Under the pieces are notes generated by a model, which had not been told where the DNA came from, searched no databases, and saw only the letters and a list, made by a program, of their open reading frames with translations. Of a DNA stretch of 64,000 nucleotides, positions 29,831 through 40,840 are shown in pieces. Origin of the DNA: Bacteroidota bacterium (lineage in GTDB: Bacteria > Bacteroidota > Bacteroidia > Cytophagales > Cytophagaceae); the NCBI GenBank assembly GCA_023428135.1, contig JAEYZG010000036.1, forward strand, positions 20,505-84,504. Direction: 5' to 3'. The translations under genes were made by a program, and so were the position numbers. Position 1 is the stretch's first letter; every line of letters begins with the position of its first letter.

Positions 29831-30349
29831 CTATTGTGCAAGTAATTTTTTCATATCCTCAGACCAGCCGTCTTCGAAAGGAGCTTTAGCATTCGGATCT
29901 GCAATATTTCCGTTTTTATCAATCAGAATAAAGCGGGGAATCGATACAACTCCATATTTAGCAATAATTGAGCTCTCGTTTCCTTCGTAAGAATGAACGT
30001 GAATTCCTTCAATTCCTTTTCTCTTAACGACTTTTTTCCATTTATCTTTTTCCCGGTCTATAGAAACATAAAGAAAAACCACATCAGGATTTTCCAAGAA
30101 TTCCTGTTTAGGTTCATGTGAAAGCGCAATTGCATGCATGCATGGACCACACCAGGTAGCCCAGACATCCATATATACTACTTTACCTTTAAAGTCGCTT
30201 AATGAAACTTTTTTACCATCAATATCATTTAGGGTAAAATCCGGTGCTGCCTCCTGATTTTTTTTGTTAGCTTCCAAAGACGTTTCTTTTGGCTTAAAGC
30301 TTGACGAAAGGACGACTGGAATGAATAATAACCAAAATATCTTTTTCAT
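29831..30349 (-). CDS. TlpA family thiol-disulfide oxidoreductase
   Basis: APDFTL, WATWCGPC, SIPRFILID; signal peptide. Confidence 0.9.
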   Translation of the reverse strand: MKKIFWLLFIPVVLSSSFKPKETSLEANKKNQEAAPDFTLNDIDGKKVSLSDFKGKVVYMDVWATWCGPCMHAIALSHEPKQEFLENPDVVFLYVSIDREKDKWKKVVKRKGIEGIHVHSYEGNESSIIAKYGVVSIPRFILIDKNGNIADPNAKAPFEDGWSEDMKKLLAQ

Positions 30350-30566
30350 AGCACTTGAATTTAAATTAGGTTTGATTCCAATAAGTTCATTTTAATCTCT
30401 GAAATTTAAAGATACAGTCTTGGAAGTTAAAATAAAATCCAGATGTAGTTATCTTTAGAGTGCTGCTAATATTCCATGTTAAACTTTTATGGATTTAATC
30501 ATTGACAGTAAGTGATATGTTTATCTTTTTTTTAATGATATTCTTGTGTTTAACTACCAATTTATT

Positions 30567-30574
30567 TAGGTTTG
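30567..30574 (+). promoter_or_regulatory. -7 box (TAGGTTTG) for the lipoprotein gene at 30600
   Basis: TAnnTTTG 25 nt upstream of the ATG. Confidence 0.5.
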
Positions 30575-30599
30575 ATTATCAATTCAGACACCTCCTTAA

Positions 30600-30980
30600 A
30601 TGAAACAGATTCTTATTTCTTTCCTGGTCTCACTAGTGCTTTATTCCTGCACAGGCAAGAAAGAAATGAGCATATATTCATCCTCTCCTGATGGCTCGCT
30701 GTCCATTTTTATTTCAGGAATAAAGCCTAACCTTGTAGATCCATTTACAGTGCGTTTCGGATTAAAAGGAATGGAATTATCAGAAGCCCCATCAAGTGAA
30801 ATTTATGCTTCTGATCTAAATGAAAAAACAGTCAACTTTGAGTGGGAAACAAACCAACGTTGTCTCATCCGTTTTAAGCAGCAAGATGGCAAACTCAAAT
30901 CATTTATAATGGATGTAGATTCAGAAACACTTTCAGTAAATGAGCTTCATATAAATAATTTATCTGAGGATTTAGAATAA
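30600..30980 (+). CDS. Hypothetical lipoprotein
   Basis: Lipobox LYSC after a hydrophobic signal. Confidence 0.7.
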   Translation: MKQILISFLVSLVLYSCTGKKEMSIYSSSPDGSLSIFISGIKPNLVDPFTVRFGLKGMELSEAPSSEIYASDLNEKTVNFEWETNQRCLIRFKQQDGKLKSFIMDVDSETLSVNELHINNLSEDLE

Positions 30981-31141
30981 TATTTTTCTCTGATTATTTC
31001 ATAACCACTTAACATAACTTACTGATTTTCCTAATTAAATATTAGTTAAATCCAACTTCCATTTTTCATCCCCCTTTCTGATTAAACAAACTGCACAGTT
31101 TTTGTTTTAATCTTATACAGCACCATTTCAAGGAGGGGATT

Positions 31142-31486
31142 ATGTTACATATTAAACTGAATATCATCATTTTAATTTTCTTTTTGGGAAATGTATTTGC
31201 CTGCAGTCCATACAATGGACAAACAGATAAATTGAACAGGCCGCTGCCTGAGAAAAAAACAGACACATTAAGTTCAAGATCAATACCAGACCCTACTCCA
31301 AAAGACTCTCTTAATGCGGACAGTGTAAAAACCGTGGATAAAGAGACAACAAAAAAGGTAGATATCCGATATATCCGGAAATCAATTAATCTTCATAAAA
31401 GGCCATTAGTAGCATATTCAGCAGGTACTCAAATTCTTATCGCAAGAATTAGCACATCTGAAGATGATTTAAATATGGATGATTGA
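31142..31486 (+). CDS. Hypothetical exported protein / lipoprotein
   Basis: Signal with VFAC, low-complexity Pro/Asp/Lys linker; preceded by AAGGAGG. Confidence 0.55.
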   Translation: MLHIKLNIIILIFFLGNVFACSPYNGQTDKLNRPLPEKKTDTLSSRSIPDPTPKDSLNADSVKTVDKETTKKVDIRYIRKSINLHKRPLVAYSAGTQILIARISTSEDDLNMDD

Positions 31487-31588
31487 TGGATTAATTATTA
31501 TTGATTAAAAAAGTTATCAAATTCGCTAAACAATAATTTTTATATTAGAGTTATAGCGTGTATTATTAAGCTAACATAACTTTTTTAA

Positions 31589-33607
31589 ATGACAGTGAAG
31601 GAAAAAGTAAAACTGCCTCTTATCCAGGACGATCCCTGGCTGGAACCCTATAATGATGACGTTGAAGCTCGTCTTGAACGATATCATAAGGCACTTAGTG
31701 AAATTCAAAAGGCTTATGGAAGCCTTAGCAATTTTGCGGATGCTCATAAATACTATGGGGTTAACTTTGATAGTGAAAAAAACGGATGGTGGTACAGAGA
31801 ATGGGCACCTAAAGCTCACCAGTTGTTCTTAACTGGAGATTTTAATCAATGGAACAGAGGTTCTCATTCTCTTACCAGAAATCCTAGAGGGGATTGGGAA
31901 ATTTTTCTTCCTTATGATCAATATAAAGACACTTTTGTTCATGGCAGCAGAATTAAAGTTCACGTAGTAGCCAATAATGGCGCTATGGACAGGATTCCTG
32001 CTTATATGCAAAAGGTCATTCAGGATCCTCAAACATATGATTTTAGTGGGCAACTTTGGTTTGAGCCTTTCCCATTCCAATGGGGATCTTATAACTTGAA
32101 CCTACAAGATGTTCTCAAAGAACCTATTATCTACGAAGCCCACGTAGGAATGGCTCAGGAAAAAGAAGGACTTGGCACTTATATTGAATTTGCCGATGAA
32201 GTCCTTCCAAGAATAAAAGATTACGGGTACAATGCAATTCAGTTAATGGCAGTTATGGAACACCCATACTACGGGTCCTTCGGCTACCATGTGTCTAACT
32301 TTTTTGCAGCCTCTTCACGCTTTGGTAATCCGGAGGATCTAAAATACCTGATAGGTAAAGCCCATGAACTGGGTATTGCCGTTATCATGGACATTGTTCA
32401 TTCTCATGCAGTAAAAAACCTTTCAGAAGGTCTTAATGAGTTTGACGGAACAGATCACCAGTATTTCCATCCAGGAGGCAGAGGTTATCACGAAGGATGG
32501 GACTCCAAAATCTTTGATTACGGAAAATGGGAAGTAAAGCAATTCTTGCTAAGCAATGTCAAATTCTGGCTTGAAGAATATAAGTTCGACGGCTTCAGAT
32601 TTGATGGTGTTACATCAATGCTTTATTTTCATCATGGCTCCACCTCATTTGATCATTATGACAAATATTTCAAAAACGATGTAGAATGGGATGCCATCAC
32701 CTATCTTCAGCTTGCTAATGAACTAATAAAAGAAGTAAATCCGAATGCCATTTCTATAGCTGAAGATGTAAGTGGAATGCCAGGTCTTTGCAGAACAGTA
32801 GAAGATGGTGGACTTGGTTTTGATTATAGGCTTGCAATGGGTATTCCGGATTACTGGATAAAAATATTAAAGGAAAGATCGGATGAAGACTGGGACATTA
32901 ATGAAATGTGGTCAGTTTTAAGCAACCGCAGATGGAAGGAAAAAACAATTGCCTATGCTGAATCTCACGACCAGGCCCTTGTTGGAGATAAAACCCTTGC
33001 ATTCTGGCTCATGGATAAGGAGATGTATTTCCATATGCTGGTTGATGATCCGAATGTAGTTATCGACAGAGGAATTGCCCTTCACAAAATGATTCGTTTG
33101 TTTACCATATCACTTGGAGGAGAAGGGTATTTAAACTTTATGGGAAATGAATTCGGTCATCCTGAATGGATAGATTTTCCAAGACAAGGAAACAACTGGA
33201 GTTATAAGTATGCTCGCAGGCAATGGACATTGGTTGACAGTAAAAATCTGAAATACCAGTATTTAGCAAACTTTGATAAGGCAATGATTCATTGCATCAA
33301 AGAGAACCATGTAGTTTCTGCATTAAACGGAAGACAAATCAACATGGACTCTGCTAATAAGGTCATCATTTTCGAAAGAAACAACCTTATATTTATATTT
33401 AACTTCAGCATTGGCAATTCAATTTTCGGTTATCGTTTCAGAGCTCCGGAAATGGGCAAGTATAAAATCATTTTAAATTCCGATGAAAAGGAATTTGGTG
33501 GATTTGGAAGAGTTGACACGGACTTTATCCACGAAACCGATGAATTCCAGTCCCTAAGTATTTATCTGACCAACAGAACTGCTTTGGTTATGAAAAAAAT
33601 AGATTGA
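31589..33607 (+). CDS. glgB: 1,4-alpha-glucan branching enzyme (GH13, eukaryote-like type)
   Basis: YREWAP, DIVHSH, FDGFRFDGVTSM, IAEDVSG, YAESHDQALVGDKT, GYLNFMGNEFGHPEW. Confidence 0.93.
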   Translation: MTVKEKVKLPLIQDDPWLEPYNDDVEARLERYHKALSEIQKAYGSLSNFADAHKYYGVNFDSEKNGWWYREWAPKAHQLFLTGDFNQWNRGSHSLTRNPRGDWEIFLPYDQYKDTFVHGSRIKVHVVANNGAMDRIPAYMQKVIQDPQTYDFSGQLWFEPFPFQWGSYNLNLQDVLKEPIIYEAHVGMAQEKEGLGTYIEFADEVLPRIKDYGYNAIQLMAVMEHPYYGSFGYHVSNFFAASSRFGNPEDLKYLIGKAHELGIAVIMDIVHSHAVKNLSEGLNEFDGTDHQYFHPGGRGYHEGWDSKIFDYGKWEVKQFLLSNVKFWLEEYKFDGFRFDGVTSMLYFHHGSTSFDHYDKYFKNDVEWDAITYLQLANELIKEVNPNAISIAEDVSGMPGLCRTVEDGGLGFDYRLAMGIPDYWIKILKERSDEDWDINEMWSVLSNRRWKEKTIAYAESHDQALVGDKTLAFWLMDKEMYFHMLVDDPNVVIDRGIALHKMIRLFTISLGGEGYLNFMGNEFGHPEWIDFPRQGNNWSYKYARRQWTLVDSKNLKYQYLANFDKAMIHCIKENHVVSALNGRQINMDSANKVIIFERNNLIFIFNFSIGNSIFGYRFRAPEMGKYKIILNSDEKEFGGFGRVDTDFIHETDEFQSLSIYLTNRTALVMKKID

Positions 33608-33625
33608 TATTAAATAATAAAACAT

Positions 33626-33659
33626 AAAAGGGTTCGGATATTTATCCGAACCCTTTTTT
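33626..33659. terminator. Bidirectional terminator between glgB and mtgA
   Basis: AAAAGGGTTCGGATA-TT-TATCCGAACCCTTTTTT. Confidence 0.85.
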
Positions 33660-33682
33660 ATTGAGTATAAATTTAAAGCATA

Positions 33683-34378
33683 TCATGAAAACTCAACCTT
33701 CCCCATTCTTGCCATATTTTGTCTGATCCAGTTCCTTCTCTTTAAAATATACATAGAAGGCTTGGTCGGAGACCATTTTAAAGGGTTGGGTAGTATTGCG
33801 GCTAATAAGGCTGCCTGATCTTTAGAAAGTTTTTTTGCATTGATATTGTAATAGTATCTTGAAGCTGCCTCTGCTCCATATACCCCATTCCCAAGCTCCA
33901 CAATATTAAGGTATACTTCAAGGATCCTTTCCTTGCTCCAGAATATTTCTATAAGAACAGTAAAGTAAACTTCAAATCCTTTTCTCACCCATGATCTGGA
34001 AGGCCAGAGAAAAACATTCTTTGCAACCTGTTGGCTAATCGTACTGGCTCCAATTACTTTTTTCTTACCCTTTTTGTTGTACTGCATCGCCTTTTTTATC
34101 GCATCAAAGTCAAATCCATGATGGTCCAAAAAACGCTGGTCTTCCGATGCAATTACCGCCCTTTTTAAATTTGGAGAGATTTCATCAAAAGACACCCAGT
34201 CCTTTTTAAGCTTTAGAGATTTACCATTCCAGATCTGCTCACCACATCTTATGAGCATCAAAGGTGTTGCAATTGGAGGAACAAATCTTAAAATTATAAC
34301 AGAAAACAAGGTACTGACCAGAAAAAAAATCACAGTCAGTTTAATTATTCTTACACACTTTTTCCAAAACATCTTCAT
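33683..34378 (-). CDS. mtgA: Monofunctional peptidoglycan transglycosylase
   Basis: SEDQRFLDHHGFD, GASTISQQVAKN, RKGFE, YLN, LPNP. Confidence 0.94.
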   Translation of the reverse strand: MKMFWKKCVRIIKLTVIFFLVSTLFSVIILRFVPPIATPLMLIRCGEQIWNGKSLKLKKDWVSFDEISPNLKRAVIASEDQRFLDHHGFDFDAIKKAMQYNKKGKKKVIGASTISQQVAKNVFLWPSRSWVRKGFEVYFTVLIEIFWSKERILEVYLNIVELGNGVYGAEAASRYYYNINAKKLSKDQAALLAAILPNPLKWSPTKPSMYILKRRNWIRQNMARMGKVEFS

Positions 34379-34486
34379 CCGGATTTCTCAATCCATATAT
34401 TAGTAATCTAAACGAAATTACTAATATATATTTTCTGAATTGAAAAATCAGGATGAAGTTGATTGTTATTTGAAGATTGACCGGAC

Positions 34487-34795
34487 TTATAAAATTACGG
34501 CAGGCTCTTTGGACTTTGTGACCAATAACTCCTTAAACTCTCTTCTTTTTTCTATGAAATTGTGTATATAGGAACAAGACGTCCTTATCTTAATAAAATT
34601 TTTCTTGGCAAAATTCAGAGAAAATTCAACAATTCTACCTGCAATTCCCTGACCCCTCAAATTTTTTGGAACAAACATTTGCTTGACCTCATAAATCTGA
34701 TCGGAAAGTTTTTCATACTTTAGATTGCATTCCTTTCCATTTATAACGATAAAGAATTTCTGGCTCTTCCCATCATGCTTTATATCGAAAATCAT
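34487..34795 (-). CDS. Small GNAT acetyltransferase (YjdJ-like)
   Basis: FVPKNLRGQGIA, KIRTSCSY. Confidence 0.85.
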   Translation of the reverse strand: MIFDIKHDGKSQKFFIVINGKECNLKYEKLSDQIYEVKQMFVPKNLRGQGIAGRIVEFSLNFAKKNFIKIRTSCSYIHNFIEKRREFKELLVTKSKEPAVIL

Positions 34796-34873
34796 CGTTA
34801 CCCTCCTATGGTTTTTATTTAATGAACTTTTAAAATATAACCAGGACGATTTAAATTTTGTTAAACGATATCC

Positions 34874-35452
34874 CTAAACAAAAAAACTTTCTTCCCATCC
34901 GACAAAGACTAATTCACTAAGGGGCAACCTGTTTACCATCTGTTTTTCTCTTTCTTGTAAATTTGGAGGCAAAGAATTCAGATCTCCCTTATAGCCTAAA
35001 GCAATTACAGTTACAGGTTCAAATTCCTCAGGGATCTGTAAATTTTCAATTGCTTTTTCGCGGGAAAAACCTCCCATCTGATGTAAAAACAACCCTTCAT
35101 CTGTAGCCTGAATAGAAAGATATGCGACAGACTGCCCGAGATCATAATACCTGCTGGAATTTTCTGCACCATTTCGAGTATAATGTTTTTTGGCCAAAGT
35201 CAAAATCAGAACCGGAGCATGTTGAGCCCATATCTGGTTGCTTTCATTCAAACTATTTGCAATGCTTCTCCAAACCTGTCCGTCTTTTTTTAACCCTACT
35301 ATATACCTCCAAGGTTGTTCGTTCATTGCTGAAGGCGCCCTTCTGGAAGCTTCAAAGATTTTTTGAAGTTTTTCAACTTCTACATCTTTTGGAAGATAGG
35401 CTCTTGGACTCCAACGATTTTCTATCAGCTCGTGTATTTTAATATTTCCCAT
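34874..35452 (-). CDS. Nitroreductase family protein
   Basis: RWSPRAY, APSAMNEQPW, HQMGGF, IALGY. Confidence 0.9.
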   Translation of the reverse strand: MGNIKIHELIENRWSPRAYLPKDVEVEKLQKIFEASRRAPSAMNEQPWRYIVGLKKDGQVWRSIANSLNESNQIWAQHAPVLILTLAKKHYTRNGAENSSRYYDLGQSVAYLSIQATDEGLFLHQMGGFSREKAIENLQIPEEFEPVTVIALGYKGDLNSLPPNLQEREKQMVNRLPLSELVFVGWEESFFV

Positions 35453-35654
35453 TACAATAAATTTTAAATTATATCTTTATTTATCCCACTTAATCAATTG
35501 CCATTGAAAAATCCTTTAAATCATTATAATCAATCATTTAATTATAAACACTATTAAGTTGATTAACCGTGATATTTTTTTAATCCTTAATCCCGGATTA
35601 TTTTTGTATAATTATAACTTAGAAAAAGTTAAAAACAATTCATTTAATTAATAG

Positions 35655-37661
<2,007 letters not shown>

Positions 37662-37667
37662 TTAAAG

Positions 37668-38186
37668 ATGATTAAAAAGCTTTTTTTAAGAGTTCGAACT
37701 TATTACAACAGAAAAAATAATAAAGCCAAAAGGGTAAGCCTGAGTTATGAAGAATCTTCAACAGTAGGTATTCTTATCAGCAATGAAAACCCAAAAGGAA
37801 ATGAAATGATCTCTCAGTTTGTGAAAAGTCTGATTAAAGAAGAGAAAAAAGTAGTAATCATTTGTAATTCAATGACCAATAATTGTGCTTTTGATTTCCC
37901 CTTTACAAGAATTTCATTTAGCGATATAAAATGGAATGGTACTTATCGGGACGAGAAAATAAATAATTTTATAAAAACCGAATTCGACTATTTATATTCT
38001 ATTAATATTTCACCATTTTTGCCTTTCGAAAATATTTTATCTGCAAGCAAAGCGAAATGCCGGTTTGGAATCTTCTCAGAAAACAATAAAAATATTCTAG
38101 AAGTAATGGCCGAATTAAAAAAAGGAGAAGGCATTGAAGCATTGATCAGATTAATGGAAATTTGTACAAAAAAATTCAGGAGTTAA
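37668..38186 (+). CDS. Conserved hypothetical protein (DUF6913-like) between ligA and dapA
   Basis: FIKTEFDYL and SKAKCRFG motifs; ligA-X-dapA order familiar from Bacteroidota. Confidence 0.65.
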   Translation: MIKKLFLRVRTYYNRKNNKAKRVSLSYEESSTVGILISNENPKGNEMISQFVKSLIKEEKKVVIICNSMTNNCAFDFPFTRISFSDIKWNGTYRDEKINNFIKTEFDYLYSINISPFLPFENILSASKAKCRFGIFSENNKNILEVMAELKKGEGIEALIRLMEICTKKFRS

Positions 38187-38189
38187 AAA

Positions 38190-39065
38190 ATGAGTATTTT
38201 TTCGGGGACCGGAGTAGCACTTGTAACGCCGTTTAGTGATGACGATAGTATTGATTTCAACGGATTAAAAAAACTACTGGATCACGTAATTCAGAATGGA
38301 GGAGACTATTTAGTAGTAAATGGTACCACAGGTGAATCTCCTACCACCAGTCAGGAAGAAAAAAAACAAATCTTAGATTTTGTACTCAAAGAAAATGAAG
38401 GCAGGCTACCTGTTGTCTTCGGTATCGGAGGTAACAATACAAAAGAGGTCCTTGAGCGTATAAAGAATACGAATTTTGAGGGTATCAGCGCAATACTGTC
38501 AGTTTGTCCCTATTACAATAAACCTTCTCAGGAAGGAATATATCAGCATTATAAGACAATTGCAGAAGCCTCCCCTGTGCCAGTAATATTGTACAATGTT
38601 CCAGGCAGAACGGGGATCAATATGACTGCGGAAACCACCGTCAGACTTTCCAATGTTAAAAATGTAATTGGAATTAAAGAGGCTAACAGCGATTTGAAAC
38701 AAGCTGAAGAAATAGCTAATAAAAGCCTTAAAGGCTTCCTTCTTATCAGTGGAGATGATATGACAACAGCAAGTTTTGGAGCAATCGGAGGTGTTGGTGT
38801 TATTTCAGTACTGGCAAACGCATATCCGGCCCATTTCAAAAAATCAATTCAGTATACTACTGAAGGAAAACATACTGAAGCAGAAGCAGTGATTGCTAAG
38901 CTTGGAAAAATTAATCCTCTGATGTATGAAGAAGGAAATCCGGTAGGAATTAAAGAAGTGCTAGAAAGTAAGGGTATTTGTAAAAATAATGTAAGACTAC
39001 CATTGGTGAAAGCTTCTCAAAATCTCAGAGAACGCATCTTACAAGCAATAAACGAAGTAAACTAA
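38190..39065 (+). CDS. dapA: 4-hydroxy-tetrahydrodipicolinate synthase
   Basis: ALVTPF, GTTGES, PYYNKP, LYNVPGRT, GIKEA, SGDD. Confidence 0.96.
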   Translation: MSIFSGTGVALVTPFSDDDSIDFNGLKKLLDHVIQNGGDYLVVNGTTGESPTTSQEEKKQILDFVLKENEGRLPVVFGIGGNNTKEVLERIKNTNFEGISAILSVCPYYNKPSQEGIYQHYKTIAEASPVPVILYNVPGRTGINMTAETTVRLSNVKNVIGIKEANSDLKQAEEIANKSLKGFLLISGDDMTTASFGAIGGVGVISVLANAYPAHFKKSIQYTTEGKHTEAEAVIAKLGKINPLMYEEGNPVGIKEVLESKGICKNNVRLPLVKASQNLRERILQAINEVN

Positions 39066-39098
39066 AAAAAAGAGGCTGAAAATCAGCCTCTTTTTTTT
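39064..39098. terminator. Bidirectional terminator between dapA and Hc1
   Basis: A-tract-GAGGCTGA-AAA-TCAGCCTC-T8. Confidence 0.88.
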
Positions 39099-39099
39099 G

Positions 39100-39282
39100 T
39101 TATTGTTCTTCGTTATTCTTTTTATCCTGAACTTCAACTCTAATCTCCTGAGCTAAATTTTTAAGATCCTGCATACCTTTCCTTACACGGGTTCCTGCTG
39201 CTGCATTTTCTTTTTCATAAAATTTTGCAAAATCACCTTCCAGCGACATTACAAGATTTTTCAGTTGTTCGAATCTGTTCAT
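39100..39282 (-). CDS. Hc1-like small histone H1-like protein
   Basis: KFYEKENAAAGTRVRKGMQDLK signature. Confidence 0.85.
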   Translation of the reverse strand: MNRFEQLKNLVMSLEGDFAKFYEKENAAAGTRVRKGMQDLKNLAQEIRVEVQDKKNNEEQ

Positions 39283-39348
39283 TATTATAAAAATTTAGGT
39301 TATTAAAACGTTCTAAATTAAGAAATTAAAAAATACTACTCAAAAGAA

Positions 39349-39387
39349 AAGTAAGATTTTCTTTCTTTAAAGAAGAAAACCTTACTT
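39349..39387 (-). terminator. Long imperfect hairpin after the PLP acyltransferase gene
   Basis: AAGTAAGGTTTTCTTCTT..AAGAAAGAAAATCTTACTT followed by TTCTTTT on the minus strand. Confidence 0.5.
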
Positions 39388-39401
39388 CTAATATGCTTTG
39401 A

Positions 39402-40646
39402 TTAAATCGAAATATTTGAAAGCGATTGTGTATAAAGCTTATTCTGAAGTTTATATGAAACTTCCTGGAAAGCTTTGATTGTCTGCTTAACATCCTCAAG
39501 AGAATGCATTGCAGTAGGGATAATTCTAAGTTCGAGAATCCCTTTCGGCACTACCGGATATATAACTATAGAACAGAAAATACCGTAGTTTTCTCTTAAA
39601 TCTATAATCAGCTGAGCAGCTTCGCTTTCATCGCCTTTCAGATAAACAGGAGTTACAGGAGATTCTGTTTTACCAATATCAAATCCAGCATCTTTCAAAC
39701 CTTGCTGTAAATTACGAACAACGTTCCAAAGGTTTTCTCTTAATTGAGGTTGAGATCTTAGTAATTCCAGTCTTTTCATTCCCCCCACTACCAAAGCCAT
39801 AGGCAATGTTTTGGCAAAAATCTGAGATCTGGTGTTATATCTTAAAAAACCTATTACTTGTTCAGTACTGGAAACAAATGCACCGATACTCGCCATTGAT
39901 TTGGCAAAAGTTGAGAAGTAAATATCAATACCATCCTGAACTCCAAGATGCTCTCCTGATCCTGCACCAGTAGGCCCCATTGTTCCGAAGCCGTGTGCAT
40001 CGTCAACAAATAACCTGAACTGATATTGTTTTTTCAGCTCTACTATTTCTTTTAATTTACCAAGGTCGCCTGCCATACCGAACACACCTTCAGTAATCAC
40101 AAGTATTCCGCCTTTAGTTTCCTGAACTATTTTAGTAGCTCTTTCAAGTTGTTTTTTAAGATTTTCAATATCGTTGTGAGGGAATACAAATCTTTTTCCT
40201 TGATGCAGTCTTACACCGTCAACAATACATGCGTGAGATTCACTATCATAAATTACTACATCATGACGGGAAAGTACTGCATCTATAACGGACACCATTC
40301 CTTGATATCCGAAGTTAAGAAGCATGGTATCCTCTTTTTTCACAAAATCAGATAGCTGAGCTTCAAACTCTTCAATAAGGTTTGAATTTCCAGACATCAT
40401 TCTTGCGCCCATTGGAAAAGCCAAACCATATTTTGCAGCTCCTTCGGCATCGGCTTTACGAACTTCGGGGTGATTTGCAAGTCCAATGTAATTATTTAAG
40501 CTCCAGGTTAAAACTTCTTTTCCTCTGAACTTCATTCTGGGGGCAATTTCGCCTTCTAGTTTTGGGAATGCAAAATATCCATGTGCGACCGAAGAGTGTT
40601 TTCCTAACGGTCCTTTGTCATTTGTTAATTTATCAAATAAATCCAA
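39402..40646 (-). CDS. Alpha-oxoamine synthase family PLP enzyme, probable cysteate acyl-ACP transferase (SulA/CapB-type)
   Basis: WSLNNYIGL, SHAC, DDAHGFG, TFAK249 (PLP lysine), RSQIFAK279; TTG start. Confidence 0.8.
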   Translation of the reverse strand: MDLFDKLTNDKGPLGKHSSVAHGYFAFPKLEGEIAPRMKFRGKEVLTWSLNNYIGLANHPEVRKADAEGAAKYGLAFPMGARMMSGNSNLIEEFEAQLSDFVKKEDTMLLNFGYQGMVSVIDAVLSRHDVVIYDSESHACIVDGVRLHQGKRFVFPHNDIENLKKQLERATKIVQETKGGILVITEGVFGMAGDLGKLKEIVELKKQYQFRLFVDDAHGFGTMGPTGAGSGEHLGVQDGIDIYFSTFAKSMASIGAFVSSTEQVIGFLRYNTRSQIFAKTLPMALVVGGMKRLELLRSQPQLRENLWNVVRNLQQGLKDAGFDIGKTESPVTPVYLKGDESEAAQLIIDLRENYGIFCSIVIYPVVPKGILELRIIPTAMHSLEDVKQTIKAFQEVSYKLQNKLYTQSLSNISI

Positions 40647-40714
40647 GGTAGTAAATTTTTATTATAGTCAAATCAAAACCTTATTCTGATCATATTCCAG
40701 ATCCAAAAATCGTA

Positions 40715-40722
40715 CAAATGTA
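40715..40722 (-). promoter_or_regulatory. -7 box (TACATTTG) for the PLP acyltransferase gene
   Basis: Exact TAnnTTTG match. Confidence 0.55.
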
Positions 40723-40840
40723 AGCATTAAAATCAGATCCTGAATATGGTTTTCGATAAAATACCTCCTATATTCTTAAAAAAAGAATAAAATTAATGAA
40801 TTTAATTATTTATTATTGACGCATATAAAGGATCATAAAA

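Noticed and set aside
35588..35600. TAATCC-C-GGATTA palindrome at the ligA -7 box
   Set aside because: Short, single occurrence, and does not match the CTAA-N5-TTAG box
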